A stretch of 39,469 nucleotides of DNA from positions 1 through 39,469 of IMG/VR virus record IMGVR_UViG_3300043405_000022; one strand, written 5' to 3'. Numbering within the stretch: position 1 is the first letter of the stretch; every line of letters starts with the position of its first letter. The stretch is from a virus (taxonomy: Duplodnaviria > Caudoviricetes). The position numbers were made by a program, and so were the translations under genes. The notes under the pieces are model-generated. The model did no database searches, was not told where the DNA came from, and saw only the letters and a program-made list of their open reading frames with translations. Below are positions 8,342 to 17,406 of the stretch, one piece after another.

Positions 8342-8706
8342 TCTTAGGGGAGGAGCTGCTGACGTGGATCCGACCCGGCGCGGGCGCCTGGGTCGCGGGG
8401 AAATTCGTCCCGGGCGACAACGCTGAGTCCACGCTGTTCGGCTCCGTCCAGCCCGCGGGCCCCGACGAGCTTCAGATCCTCTCAGAGGGGGAGCGCCGGC
8501 GCAGCCCTCGGCGGATCTACACGACCACGCAGCTCCAGACGGCGAGCCAGCAAGACGCCACCCTCGCCGATCGCGTCGAGATCGACGGCGCGCTGTACGA
8601 GGTCCACAGCGTCGAGCGCGAGCGCGGCATCCTCCCGCACTACAAGGTGATCGCCCTTCGCTTCCAGGAGGGCGCTCCGCCGCCCGAGCCTCCGGGTGAT
8701 CCATGA
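8338..8706 (+). CDS. Head-closure protein
   Basis: GSVQP...LQILSEGER...IYT...ADRVEIDG..YEV pattern; neck position. Confidence 0.65.
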   Translation: MILGEELLTWIRPGAGAWVAGKFVPGDNAESTLFGSVQPAGPDELQILSEGERRRSPRRIYTTTQLQTASQQDATLADRVEIDGALYEVHSVERERGILPHYKVIALRFQEGAPPPEPPGDP

Positions 8707-9272
8707 GCGTCCAGGACGACATCCGGCAGGATCTCCGCGCCTGGCTCCAGTCCGCGTGCGGGATCGACGACAGCCAGGTCATCCTCGCGGACGAGCCGGG
8801 CCCGCGCCCAGAGCTGCCGTATCTGACGGTGAAGATCCTCTCCGACGACGCGCCGCTCGGCGCCGACGAGGACGTGTACGCGGTCGTCGATAACGAGGGC
8901 GACGAAGAGCTGACCCAGGCCGAAACCGGCGTCCGCACGGGAACTGCCTCCGTCCAGGGCTTCGGCGCTGACACGGCGGACTGGCTTCAGGCGTCCGGGC
9001 TCCTCCGGCTGCCCTCGACGGCCGCGCTCCTCGATGCGGCCGGCCTCACGCTTCGGGCCCTGGGCGGCGTCCGGAACCTCTCGACGCTCCTCGACACGAG
9101 CATCGAGCCCCGGTTCATCCGCGAATTCGAATTCTCGTATCGCTGGACCTCTGAGGCCGAGGTCATCGTCGCCGCCGGGACCGCCGAGACGACCGGCGAC
9201 AGCGAGCTCCGCCAGTACGACGGCGATCCGGACCCGCTTCCCTTCCCCCTCTCCGAACCCCTGGAGCCATAA
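8703..9272 (+). CDS. Neck/tail terminator protein
   Basis: VILADEPGPRPELPYLTV motif; immediately before sheath. Confidence 0.65.
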   Translation: MSVQDDIRQDLRAWLQSACGIDDSQVILADEPGPRPELPYLTVKILSDDAPLGADEDVYAVVDNEGDEELTQAETGVRTGTASVQGFGADTADWLQASGLLRLPSTAALLDAAGLTLRALGGVRNLSTLLDTSIEPRFIREFEFSYRWTSEAEVIVAAGTAETTGDSELRQYDGDPDPLPFPLSEPLEP

Positions 9273-10357
9273 TGGGCGCCACGAATCTCGCGAACATCGC
9301 TATCACGATCATCCTCGCGGCCACGAACGCGCCCGGCGCCGGCTTCGGGATGCTGATGATCTTCCCGCTGGCCGACTGCGATCTCGACGGGGACCGGGTC
9401 CGGACCTACGCCTCAGTCGCCGAGGCGCAGGCCGACGAGGACGACGGGTTCCTCTCCTCCGACGCCGTGGCCGCGATCACGGTCGCGTTCTCGCAGTCGC
9501 CGCCCCCAATCTCCGTGAAGATCGCGAACATCGACCTGGTGGGCCTTGAGACCTACGCCGCCGCGCTCACCGCGATTCAGGCCGTGGACGACGACTGGTT
9601 CGCCGTCGGCATCAGCAGCCGCGTCGCCGCCGATCTCTCCGCGATGGCGACCGCCTGCGAGGCTCTCGACAAGCTCTTCGTGGGGCAGGCGAACACGGCG
9701 GGGATCCTCACCGGCTCGTTTCCGGCGGGGCTCTCCGCGCTGGTCGGAAAGGACCACACCGCCCTCATCTACGACCTCGCCGACGCGGACTGGGCGGACG
9801 CCGCGTGGATGGGCGCGAAGCTCGCGTTCAATCCAGACGATCAGTCGGTCGATTGGGCGGGCGCGCTGAAGGGGACCACCGACTACAGCGACACGATCAC
9901 GACGACGGAGCGGAACTACGCCATCGCGAACAACGCGAACCTCATCCTGCCGTACTCCGCGAGCCAGCCGTTCTGGATCGACCCCGGCGTCGTCATGTCC
10001 GGGAAGCCCGTCTACGAGATCCTCACGGCGATCTGGCTGAAGATCCGGCTCCGCGAGCGGATCGCCGACCTCGTCGCGCGCTACTCCAGTTTGGGCTGGA
10101 AGATCCCGCTCAACGCCACGGGGCAGCAGGCGATCAAGGGCGAGATCGACGCGCAATTCGCCATCGCCCAGGCGAACCCGAACGCCCGGCACATCACCGC
10201 CGGGCAGTACGTCTGCGAGCCCCAGGCGATCACGGCCGGCGACATCACGGCGCGGAAGCTCCGGTTCAAGGTCCGCGCTCAGATCGAAGGGTCCGCGCGG
10301 CTGTTCGACGTAACGGTAAACCTCGGCCGCGAAGCGGTCGTCACGGCGGGGGCGTAA
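9272..10357 (+). CDS. Tail sheath protein (DUF3383-like, short form)
   Basis: GFG...RVRTYAS, FSQSPPP and KIPLNATG motifs; precedes tube. Confidence 0.8.
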   Translation: MGATNLANIAITIILAATNAPGAGFGMLMIFPLADCDLDGDRVRTYASVAEAQADEDDGFLSSDAVAAITVAFSQSPPPISVKIANIDLVGLETYAAALTAIQAVDDDWFAVGISSRVAADLSAMATACEALDKLFVGQANTAGILTGSFPAGLSALVGKDHTALIYDLADADWADAAWMGAKLAFNPDDQSVDWAGALKGTTDYSDTITTTERNYAIANNANLILPYSASQPFWIDPGVVMSGKPVYEILTAIWLKIRLRERIADLVARYSSLGWKIPLNATGQQAIKGEIDAQFAIAQANPNARHITAGQYVCEPQAITAGDITARKLRFKVRAQIEGSARLFDVTVNLGREAVVTAGA

Positions 10358-10359
10358 TC

Positions 10360-10803
10360 ATGGCGCGCACAAAGACCTATGATCCGAAGAAGCTGATCCT
10401 CACGCTGAACGGGCTCGCGCTCGTCGTGGGCGGCGAGACAGCGATGATCGACTTCGAGATGGCCTCTCCGGCCGCGTCCGACGTGGTGAGCGCCACGGGC
10501 GACGTCACCATCAACCGCTCCGCAGACGAGCGGATGTACGCGACGATCACGGTGATGGAGACCAGCAACGCCGCGCGCGTCCTCGACCAGCTCCGCCAGG
10601 CGCAGGCCGCGCAGCCGTTCATCCTGCCGATGCCGTTCGTCCTCCTCGACCCGATCTCCGGCGACACCGTCTCAGACCCGGAGGCGGCGTTCTTAGAGAT
10701 CCCGGGCCCCTCCAAGGCCAGCACGGCCGGCGAGCGCGAATTCAAGCTCGTCCTGCCGCACGGCCGGAACACGATGCGCCTCGCGACGCTGAGCGTGGGG
10801 TAA
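10360..10803 (+). CDS. Tail tube protein (DUF3277-like)
   Basis: KTYDPKK N-terminus, ITVMETS.A; 147 aa after sheath. Confidence 0.75.
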   Translation: MARTKTYDPKKLILTLNGLALVVGGETAMIDFEMASPAASDVVSATGDVTINRSADERMYATITVMETSNAARVLDQLRQAQAAQPFILPMPFVLLDPISGDTVSDPEAAFLEIPGPSKASTAGEREFKLVLPHGRNTMRLATLSVG

Positions 10804-10806
10804 ACG

Positions 10807-11286
10807 ATGGACCCGATCACCTTCGATCTCGTCGATGCGAACGGCGTTCCGCATCGCTACACCGTTGTTCTCCACCCGGCCGACGCGGGCGCGGGCGTCT
10901 CGATGGCCCTCCTCGGGCTCGGGCTCGAACCCCTGGCGCGGGCGGCCGGGGCGCTGTTCGACGAGGGCGGCCTCGCCATCGCCGTGAACGCCCTCCGCGA
11001 CGAGGGCGACAAGACGCGCGCGACGGAGCTGCTCGGGAAGCTCGACCTGCCCGGGGTCGCCGCCGCTCTCGGGCCCGCCCTCGGCAGGCCCTCCACGCTG
11101 GCGCTCCTCCGGTCGGTCCTCGCGTACACGCACCGCGACGGCGCGAAGCTCGACGGCATCGCGTTCTCGACGGCGTACCAGGGCAACTACGCGGAGATGT
11201 ACCGCGCCGTATGGGAGGTGGCCGCGCGCAACCGTTTTTTGCCGCTGCCCGATATCTCGAAGCTCGCGCAGCTCGCGGCGAAGTAG
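10807..11286 (+). CDS. Tail assembly chaperone (gpG analogue)
   Basis: Between tube and tape measure; ends just after slippery T-TTT-TTG. Confidence 0.7.
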   Translation: MDPITFDLVDANGVPHRYTVVLHPADAGAGVSMALLGLGLEPLARAAGALFDEGGLAIAVNALRDEGDKTRATELLGKLDLPGVAAALGPALGRPSTLALLRSVLAYTHRDGAKLDGIAFSTAYQGNYAEMYRAVWEVAARNRFLPLPDISKLAQLAAK

Positions 11287-11492
11287 ACGCGAAGTCCGCC
11301 GGGATCGGGCGTCGGACAGCTGCGTGGGGGGTGGACTGGTGGATCTTCCGCGTCGCGACCTCCGAGCTGTTCCGCGCGAGTCCGCGGGAGGTCCGCGGCT
11401 GGGGGCTCCCGGACGTCCTCGCGGCTCACGCGGTCCTCGACGAACATGACGCGATCCTCGAAGAAGCCCGCCGCAAATCAGAGAGGGGATAG
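11235..11492 (+). CDS. Tail chaperone -1 frameshift extension (gpGT analogue)
   Basis: -1 frame open from TTTTTTG (11235-11241) to 11492, ending 3 nt before the tape-measure ATG. Confidence 0.65.
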   Translation, partial: FFAAARYLEARAARGEVDAKSAGIGRRTAAWGVDWWIFRVATSELFRASPREVRGWGLPDVLAAHAVLDEHDAILEEARRKSERG

Positions 11493-11495
11493 CCC

Positions 11496-13391
11496 ATGAG
11501 CGACGCGATCACGGTGCGGGAGCTGCTGCTGACCTTGGGCTTCGAGGCGGACCTCGGGCCGCTCGTCGCGTACGGCCGGGCGGCGGAGGCGCTGACGGTA
11601 ACCCTGGAGGGAACGGCTGAGGAGGCGAACGCATCGGCCGCGAGCGTGGCGGGCCTGAGCCAGAGGTTCCAGGCCGCGGCGCCGCACCTGAAGGCCGCGA
11701 GGGAGGCCGCCGCCGAATTCGGGATCGGTCTGTTTACGCTGGCGAAGTACGCGGCCGGCGCGGCGGTCGCGATCAACGGCTTCTTCGCGGGGCTCGCGGC
11801 GAACGCGGGCCTGGTGGCGAACGACGCCCTGGAGATCGAGCGCCAGGCTGGCGCGATGGGCATGACCGTCGAGGCGTACCAGGAGCTTCGGGGCGTCTTC
11901 CAGGGCTTCGGCGTGGACGCCTCGAACATGGCCGACGCGATGAACACGATCTCGGATCGCGCGCTGACAGCGGCGACGGACGGCGGAGATGCGGCCGTTC
12001 AGTTCAAGCTCCTGGGGATCAGCGTCCAGCAGCTCAAAGGGAAGAAGCCCGAGGAGATCCTCGACGCCCTGGCCGACGGGTTCCGGAGTGCGGGCGACGC
12101 GACACAGTGGATGGCCGCCGCTTCGCGGATCTTCGGAGACGATCTCAGTCGGAAGGTGATCCCGATGCTCCAAGGGGGCTCGGCGGGGATCGCCAAGTAC
12201 AAGGACGGGATCCGGCGCCTCGGCGGGGTTCTCGACAAGGAGGCGATCGCGAAGGGCGCGGACCTCTCCCGCTCCATGATGCGCGTCTCCGGGCAGGCGG
12301 ACGCGCTGCGGAAGCGGCTCGGCTCCGCCCTCGTGCCGGCGGTCGGGCGGCTCGTCGCGGGGGTCGCGGACTGGATCGACGCGAACGCGGAGCTGATCCG
12401 CTCCGGGATCGACGTGTGGGGGGAGCGGCTCGGGATGGCGTTCGACCTCGCGCGGGAGGGCGCGCTTGCCATCGCGGACGCGGTGAAGCACCTGGTGGCG
12501 CACAAGGCCGAGCTGGCGGCGGTCGCCCTGTCGGTGGGGGCTATCGCCGCGGGGTTCGCCGTCTTCGAGCTGGGCGGCCCCGTCCTCGCGGGGCTCACGG
12601 CGCTCGGGGAGGGGCTAGCCTTCGCCCTCGGGCTGTTCGGCGTCGCCGGGATCCCCGTCCTCGCCCTGGGCTTCGGGGCGCTCCAGGTGGTTGTCCTCCC
12701 CCTCGCGGCCCTGTTCGCGGCGTTCGCCGCGGCGGTCGTCCTGGCGGCGCTCGGGATCGACGACCTGATCACCTACATGGAAGGCGGCGACTCGCTCATC
12801 GGGGACTTCATCAAGTCCTTCGCCGGAAACGACACGATCCTCGGGCTGTTCGCTGACAACCTCGGCGCCTGGATCGAGGTTCTCCGGGCGCTCATCTCGG
12901 TTCTTGTGCCGTTCGGAAACATCTTCCGCCTGATCTTCGGGGCGGCGATGCAGTACGCGGCGGATCAGGTGGCCCTGGTCGGGAAGGGGCTGGCGGCGCT
13001 GCTCGGCCTCGACACCTCCGGGCTGAGCGGCTGGTCGGAGGGGCTGCTGTCCCTGGCCCGCGGGCTCAAGGACGTAGCCTCCTGGCTCGACCGGGTGATC
13101 GGCAAGGCGGGCAGCTTCACCGACATCGCCAGGAACCTCGCGGGCTCTGTCGCGGGCTTCGCGGCCCCGTCGCTGAGCAACGCGGCGTCGTTCGCGGGCT
13201 CCCTCGTCCCGTCGCTGCCGTCGCTCGCGGGCGGCGGAGCCGTCAACAACAACCAGCGGAGCGCGACCGTGGGCGGCGCTGTCCTCAACATCTACGCCGG
13301 CACAGGCGATCCCGCGGAGATCGGCGCCGTCGCCGTTCGCGGGATCGCTGAGCAGCTCCGCGGCGCTCAGTCGCTGCTCCTGGGGGATTGA
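11496..13391 (+). CDS. Tape measure protein
   Basis: ITVRELLLTLGF start, Ala/Gly-rich helical, hydrophobic central segment, IDDLITYMEGGDSLIG motif; 631 aa. Confidence 0.85.
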   Translation: MSDAITVRELLLTLGFEADLGPLVAYGRAAEALTVTLEGTAEEANASAASVAGLSQRFQAAAPHLKAAREAAAEFGIGLFTLAKYAAGAAVAINGFFAGLAANAGLVANDALEIERQAGAMGMTVEAYQELRGVFQGFGVDASNMADAMNTISDRALTAATDGGDAAVQFKLLGISVQQLKGKKPEEILDALADGFRSAGDATQWMAAASRIFGDDLSRKVIPMLQGGSAGIAKYKDGIRRLGGVLDKEAIAKGADLSRSMMRVSGQADALRKRLGSALVPAVGRLVAGVADWIDANAELIRSGIDVWGERLGMAFDLAREGALAIADAVKHLVAHKAELAAVALSVGAIAAGFAVFELGGPVLAGLTALGEGLAFALGLFGVAGIPVLALGFGALQVVVLPLAALFAAFAAAVVLAALGIDDLITYMEGGDSLIGDFIKSFAGNDTILGLFADNLGAWIEVLRALISVLVPFGNIFRLIFGAAMQYAADQVALVGKGLAALLGLDTSGLSGWSEGLLSLARGLKDVASWLDRVIGKAGSFTDIARNLAGSVAGFAAPSLSNAASFAGSLVPSLPSLAGGGAVNNNQRSATVGGAVLNIYAGTGDPAEIGAVAVRGIAEQLRGAQSLLLGD

Positions 13392-13972
13392 TGGCGCGAC
13401 CCACCTTGATCCGCGTCGAGGACGCCTCCGCCCTGGAGTTTGACGGGGCGGCGAAGGAGTCGTTCTCGCCGAGCGTCACCGTCACCGATCACCCCGTCGA
13501 GGTCGGCGTCGCCGTCACCGATCACGCCCGCCTGGACCCGCTGAGCTTCGGCGTTGACGCCTTCCTCTCGGAGAGCCCGTACGCCCGCCCCGGCGTGGTG
13601 TCCGCGGGGCAGGCCCGCATCGACGCGGCCCGCGCCTGGCTGGAGGCGTCGGCCGGGAAGGTGCTGACGGTGCGGACCTCGCGCGGCGGGACGGTGGCGA
13701 ACGCCATGCTCACGGGCTGGGCCTACGAGTACAGCGCCAGCCTCGGGCTCACATTCAAGCTCACGTTCAAGCAGATCCGCATCGCCCTCTCGCAGCAGGT
13801 CCGCATCCCGTCGCTCGTCTCGAAGGCCGCGCCGTCCGCGAAGACGAGCAACACGGGCGAGGAGAAGGCGGGGGCTCAGCCGCTCGCGCCCGCGGACAAG
13901 TCGGGGGCGAAGATCGCCGCTGATTTCCTCGTCGGCGCCGCGGGCTCCGCGCTGAATCTGGGAGGCCCCTGA
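13391..13972 (+). CDS. Baseplate/Dit-like tail protein
   Basis: VTDHPVEVGVAVTDHA motif directly after tape measure. Confidence 0.75.
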   Translation: MARPTLIRVEDASALEFDGAAKESFSPSVTVTDHPVEVGVAVTDHARLDPLSFGVDAFLSESPYARPGVVSAGQARIDAARAWLEASAGKVLTVRTSRGGTVANAMLTGWAYEYSASLGLTFKLTFKQIRIALSQQVRIPSLVSKAAPSAKTSNTGEEKAGAQPLAPADKSGAKIAADFLVGAAGSALNLGGP

Positions 13973-14346
13973 TGGCGAGCGTTCTTCCCGCGTTCCCGGC
14001 GCTCCCCGCGCACACGATGACGCTCACCCTCGGCGGCGCTCAGTACGTCGTCCGGCTCGTGTGGAGGGATCGCACGCAAGGCTGGTACTTCGACCTCTAC
14101 GGCATCGACGAGACGCCGATCGTGCAGGGGCGCAGGCTCTCGCCGGGGTGGGGGCCGCTCCTCGGCCTGATGGCGCCGCTCCCCAGTTTCGGCGGGCAGC
14201 TCGTCGTCGTCGGCCTCGACAGGTACGCCCAGGCCGATCTCGGGCCCGGCCGCGCGCTCCAGGTCCTTTACATCACCGACGCCGAGATCGCCGCCGCGAC
14301 GCCGAAGGCGGACCCGGAGGCGGCGATCACCGTGGAGGTCCCGTGA
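13972..14346 (+). CDS. Baseplate plug-like protein
   Basis: LTLGG..Y..RL.W.DR..GWYFDLY pattern; conserved position. Confidence 0.65.
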   Translation: MASVLPAFPALPAHTMTLTLGGAQYVVRLVWRDRTQGWYFDLYGIDETPIVQGRRLSPGWGPLLGLMAPLPSFGGQLVVVGLDRYAQADLGPGRALQVLYITDAEIAAATPKADPEAAITVEVP

Positions 14347-15152
14347 GCGATCTCTTCGGCCGCCAGGTCAGCGTGCAGCTCGGCCTCGCGGGCACGACCG
14401 GCCGCGCGTTCTCCGGGCTCCGGACGACGTTCAAGGTCGAGATGTCGCGGACCTCGAAGCCGAATCCCTCGACCATCGAGCTGTACAACCCGAGCCCTGA
14501 GAGCATCGCGCTCGCGCAGGCTCCGGGCTGCGTGGTGCGGCTCCTGGCGGGCTACGACCTCCCGCGCCTCATCGCGCAGGGGAACCCGGTCAAGCGGGGG
14601 GTGCGGCTCGATCACCGCGGCCCGGATCGCGTGCTGCACCTGGAGATCCACGACGGCGGACAGGCGTATGCGGAGGCGCGGCTGTCGCTCTCGTTCGCCA
14701 CCGCCACGACGACGCGCCAGGTGTTCGACGCCGCGGCCCTCCAGCTCGGCCTCCCGGCCGGCGCGGTGCGGCTGGTCGATAAGCCCCTCCCGCGCGGGTT
14801 CCACTTCGACGGGCGCGTCTCGGATCTCCTCGACCGCCTGGCTGTGAACGACGCCTCCGACTGGTTCATCCGGGACGGGACGGTGTGCTTCGTGGGATCG
14901 AAGGACTCGACGGGGGAGACGGCGCTCGCCATCTCGAACGCGAACGGGAACCTCGTCGGGAGCCCGGCGCCGAAGGAGGACGGCTCGGTGGAGGTGGCGG
15001 CGCTCCTCGACCCGGCGATGCGGCCCGGCGTTCCGTTCGCGCTGACGAGCCTCGAATTCAAAGGCGCCTACGTCGCGCGCTCCGTCGCGTTCGACGGGGA
15101 TACGCATGGTCAAAGCTGGTACATGAAGGTTGTGGGGGTGCGGCGTGGCTGA
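14343..15152 (+). CDS. Baseplate hub protein
   Basis: IELYN, LLAGY, WFIRDG and GDTHGQSWY motifs; GTG in GTGA overlap. Confidence 0.75.
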   Translation: MSDLFGRQVSVQLGLAGTTGRAFSGLRTTFKVEMSRTSKPNPSTIELYNPSPESIALAQAPGCVVRLLAGYDLPRLIAQGNPVKRGVRLDHRGPDRVLHLEIHDGGQAYAEARLSLSFATATTTRQVFDAAALQLGLPAGAVRLVDKPLPRGFHFDGRVSDLLDRLAVNDASDWFIRDGTVCFVGSKDSTGETALAISNANGNLVGSPAPKEDGSVEVAALLDPAMRPGVPFALTSLEFKGAYVARSVAFDGDTHGQSWYMKVVGVRRG

Positions 15153-15825
15153 CGAGACCGACAACCCGACCGTCGCGGACCTGCTGTCGCTGGCGATCGG
15201 CCGCGCGCAGGCCGGGGTCCGGACGTGCCAGCCCGGGATCGTCCTCGCCTACGACCCCGTACAGCAGAAGGCGATCGTCCAGCCGGCGATCCGCGTCGCG
15301 CGAACGGACCCGACGACGGGGCTCCGGGTCTACCAGGAGGTGCCGCCGATCGCGAATTGTCCGGTCGCCCACATCGGCGCCGGGGACTTCTCGCTGTGCT
15401 TCCCCCTCAGCCCGGGCGACTCAGTGCTGCTGCTGGTGGCGGATCGCTCGATGGACGAGTGGATCCTCACGGGAGAAACGAAGGTCGATCCGTACGACTC
15501 GCGGCGCTTCGACTGGATGGACTGCGTCGTTCTGCCGGCCCTCCGGAGCTTCAACCCCGCGGCGGGGGCGAGAGGGCCGATCCCGGTCGAAGGGGTCGCG
15601 GCGGGGGCGATGGTCGTTCGGGCGCCGGAGATCCGGCTCGGGAGCAGCGCGGCTTACGATGCGCTCGTTCTGGAGAGCCTCCTTCCCGATCTGCTGGCGG
15701 CGCTCAGCGACGTGTCGGCTGCGTTGACTGCCCTCGGGATCCTGGCCCCCGCGCTCGTAAATCTGACGAATCTGATAACGGCGCTGCCGGGCGCGTATCG
15801 GACGCTGAAGGTGAAGGCGGAGTAG
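15145..15825 (+). CDS. Baseplate spike (Gp138-like)
   Basis: PGIVLAYD...VQP, FPLSPGD..LL..ADRSMDEW and RRFD..D motifs. Confidence 0.8.
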   Translation: MADETDNPTVADLLSLAIGRAQAGVRTCQPGIVLAYDPVQQKAIVQPAIRVARTDPTTGLRVYQEVPPIANCPVAHIGAGDFSLCFPLSPGDSVLLLVADRSMDEWILTGETKVDPYDSRRFDWMDCVVLPALRSFNPAAGARGPIPVEGVAAGAMVVRAPEIRLGSSAAYDALVLESLLPDLLAALSDVSAALTALGILAPALVNLTNLITALPGAYRTLKVKAE

Positions 15826-15831
15826 CGACCC

Positions 15832-16395
15832 TCAGTGGATGCGCTCCGCTGCTTGCACATGGATTCCGCCACCCGCGGACGCGATGATGTGCCAGGGGCC
15901 AGGTTCGGAGGCGAGGCTGAGGGAGGTTGTGCGCGCAGGTTGCCCCATCATTCTGTACATCTGAAGCAGATGATCGTGCTTCCGCGGAGCTTGAGCCGGG
16001 ATCAAGTAGTCGTGTGCGGGCTCCACAAGAACGGCTAAGACCCGGAAGAACCCCTCGGTCTCCTCTGGCATCTCCTGGGTCCCGTTCTCCCAGGCGAGGA
16101 TGGCATCGAGGCTCTTCTTGAAGTTGGCTGCGAAGTCCTCGGCAGACCATCCGAGCTGGCGCCGGAGGAACTGGATCTCCTGGGGACCGAGGCGTCCCGG
16201 CTTCTCAGAAACCTCGCACGCGATCAGCTTGTGAAGCTCCAGGATCCGGGGAATATCCACCTCTTCGTTGTCGCAGGAGGTACAGCGCCGGACGGTCACG
16301 CCCACCAGCTTCACGTCGGGGAGGCCGCAGCCTGTGTAGCTGTACTCCTCCGGCTGGCCGGGACCCATCTCCTGCCCGCACTCGTCGCACTTCAT
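15832..16395 (-). CDS. MqsA-like antitoxin (zinc ribbon + XRE HTH)
   Basis: MKCDECG...CTSC zinc ribbon then EIQFLRRQLGWSAEDFA...WENG HTH; GGAGG upstream of ATG 16395; ATGA overlap with toxin. Confidence 0.8.
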   Translation of the reverse strand: MKCDECGQEMGPGQPEEYSYTGCGLPDVKLVGVTVRRCTSCDNEEVDIPRILELHKLIACEVSEKPGRLGPQEIQFLRRQLGWSAEDFAANFKKSLDAILAWENGTQEMPEETEGFFRVLAVLVEPAHDYLIPAQAPRKHDHLLQMYRMMGQPARTTSLSLASEPGPWHIIASAGGGIHVQAAERIH

Positions 16396-16673
16396 GTGTT
16401 CCTCCATCCCGTGACGACACGCATTTCTGTTTCCGATCTGAACGCGACGACGACGCTCATGTGGGGGGTGGAGACACGATATCTCCAACTCCCATCTTCA
16501 AGGTCGATGCTATCTACTCTTCCGCCCATCAAAACGTTGGTTACATCTACAACGTTCATCCTGCGCTCGCTAAGGCGTGCTATGGCGTGTTTGCTAAGTG
16601 TAAGCGCACTTATCCCAAGAATCGACTTAATCAGTTTGAGAGCGTCCACGCCCGACAGCGGCTCCTCCATCAT
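16392..16673 (-). CDS. DUF4258-family putative toxin (RelE/BrnT-like fold)
   Basis: LSKHAIARLSER...DVTNVL..G...WRYRV...VVTGW; 93 aa upstream of MqsA-like gene. Confidence 0.75.
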   Translation of the reverse strand: MMEEPLSGVDALKLIKSILGISALTLSKHAIARLSERRMNVVDVTNVLMGGRVDSIDLEDGSWRYRVSTPHMSVVVAFRSETEMRVVTGWRNT

Positions 16674-16682
16674 GCCCCCAGG

Positions 16683-16723
16683 TTAGCGTCAGGTCAACGC
16701 TCGGCGACCGAACCTGACGCTAA
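16683..16723. promoter_or_regulatory. Perfect 12-bp inverted repeat upstream of the TA operon (probable operator or mRNA hairpin)
   Basis: TTAGCGTCAGGT-N17-ACCTGACGCTAA ending ~10 bp from the toxin start. Confidence 0.6.
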
Positions 16724-16920
16724 AGAACGTCTACTTTCACGACGATCCGGTTTCGGATAAATCATGTAGAACGCCTTCTTATGAATATTCTCGCCCCGAG
16801 CCTCTACCAACGGTCGTGTACCGCCACTGTTGGGAGACTCCCACAGACCTCCTCAGAGGTCAAGCCGTGGCCTTACGGCGCGACCCGCCGCCCGAGCGGT
16901 TGGGCGTTGATCGACGCCGC

Positions 16921-17337
16921 CTACAGCCAGATCCCCGCCCCGCCGCCCGAGAGCAGCGTCATCCAGGGCTGGCGGTTCCCGTGGTCGATCCCGAGGGCGA
17001 GGCGGATCGCCTCTGTCCCGGCGTCGGTCTTCACAACGGCGTCCGCGACGACGCTCACCCGACGCGCGGCCTGGTCGTAGCTCGCTGAGACGGAGCTGAC
17101 GGAGACGACGCCGGGACACGTCGCCACCTCGGCCCGGATCGTCTCGCGGATCTCGTCGAGCGGCGGGGGCTTGGCCTGGGACCACGCGCCCCACGGGAGG
17201 CCCCGCGTCTCATCGAGGAGCCACTCCCCGCGGTGGAGCGAGAGCCGGAGCCGGAGCCGCTGGACGACGCCCGCAACGCCGCCCGTAAACGCGCCCGCTC
17301 CCGGGAGATCGCCGTCCGCATCGAGCTGTACGTCCAT
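16921..17337 (-). CDS. Baseplate wedge / sheath-initiator protein (gp25-like), inverted relative to the tail operon
   Basis: MDVQLDADGDL...VVQRLRLRL...RGEWLLDETRGLPW...PGVVSV pattern; GAGG upstream of ATG 17337; no equivalent on the + strand. Confidence 0.8.
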   Translation of the reverse strand: MDVQLDADGDLPGAGAFTGGVAGVVQRLRLRLSLHRGEWLLDETRGLPWGAWSQAKPPPLDEIRETIRAEVATCPGVVSVSSVSASYDQAARRVSVVADAVVKTDAGTEAIRLALGIDHGNRQPWMTLLSGGGAGIWL

Positions 17338-17388
17338 CGTTTCCTCTCGTGCAACAATCTGGCGTATCGTTTCCGATAGAGGTACAAT
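17335..17388. promoter_or_regulatory. Divergent control region: GTTTC-N7-GCAAC site (17339-17355) and + strand promoter TGGCGT-N17-TACAAT (17360-17388)
   Basis: AT-richer gap between head-to-head genes; direct repeat ATCGTTTCC at 17336 and 17366. Confidence 0.55.
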
Positions 17389-17406
17389 ACCCTGCGGAGG
17401 GGCGCC

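Noticed and set aside
15826-17400. Active invertible segment (shufflon)
   Set aside because: No inverted repeats at the boundaries and no invertase; looks like a fixed arrangement.
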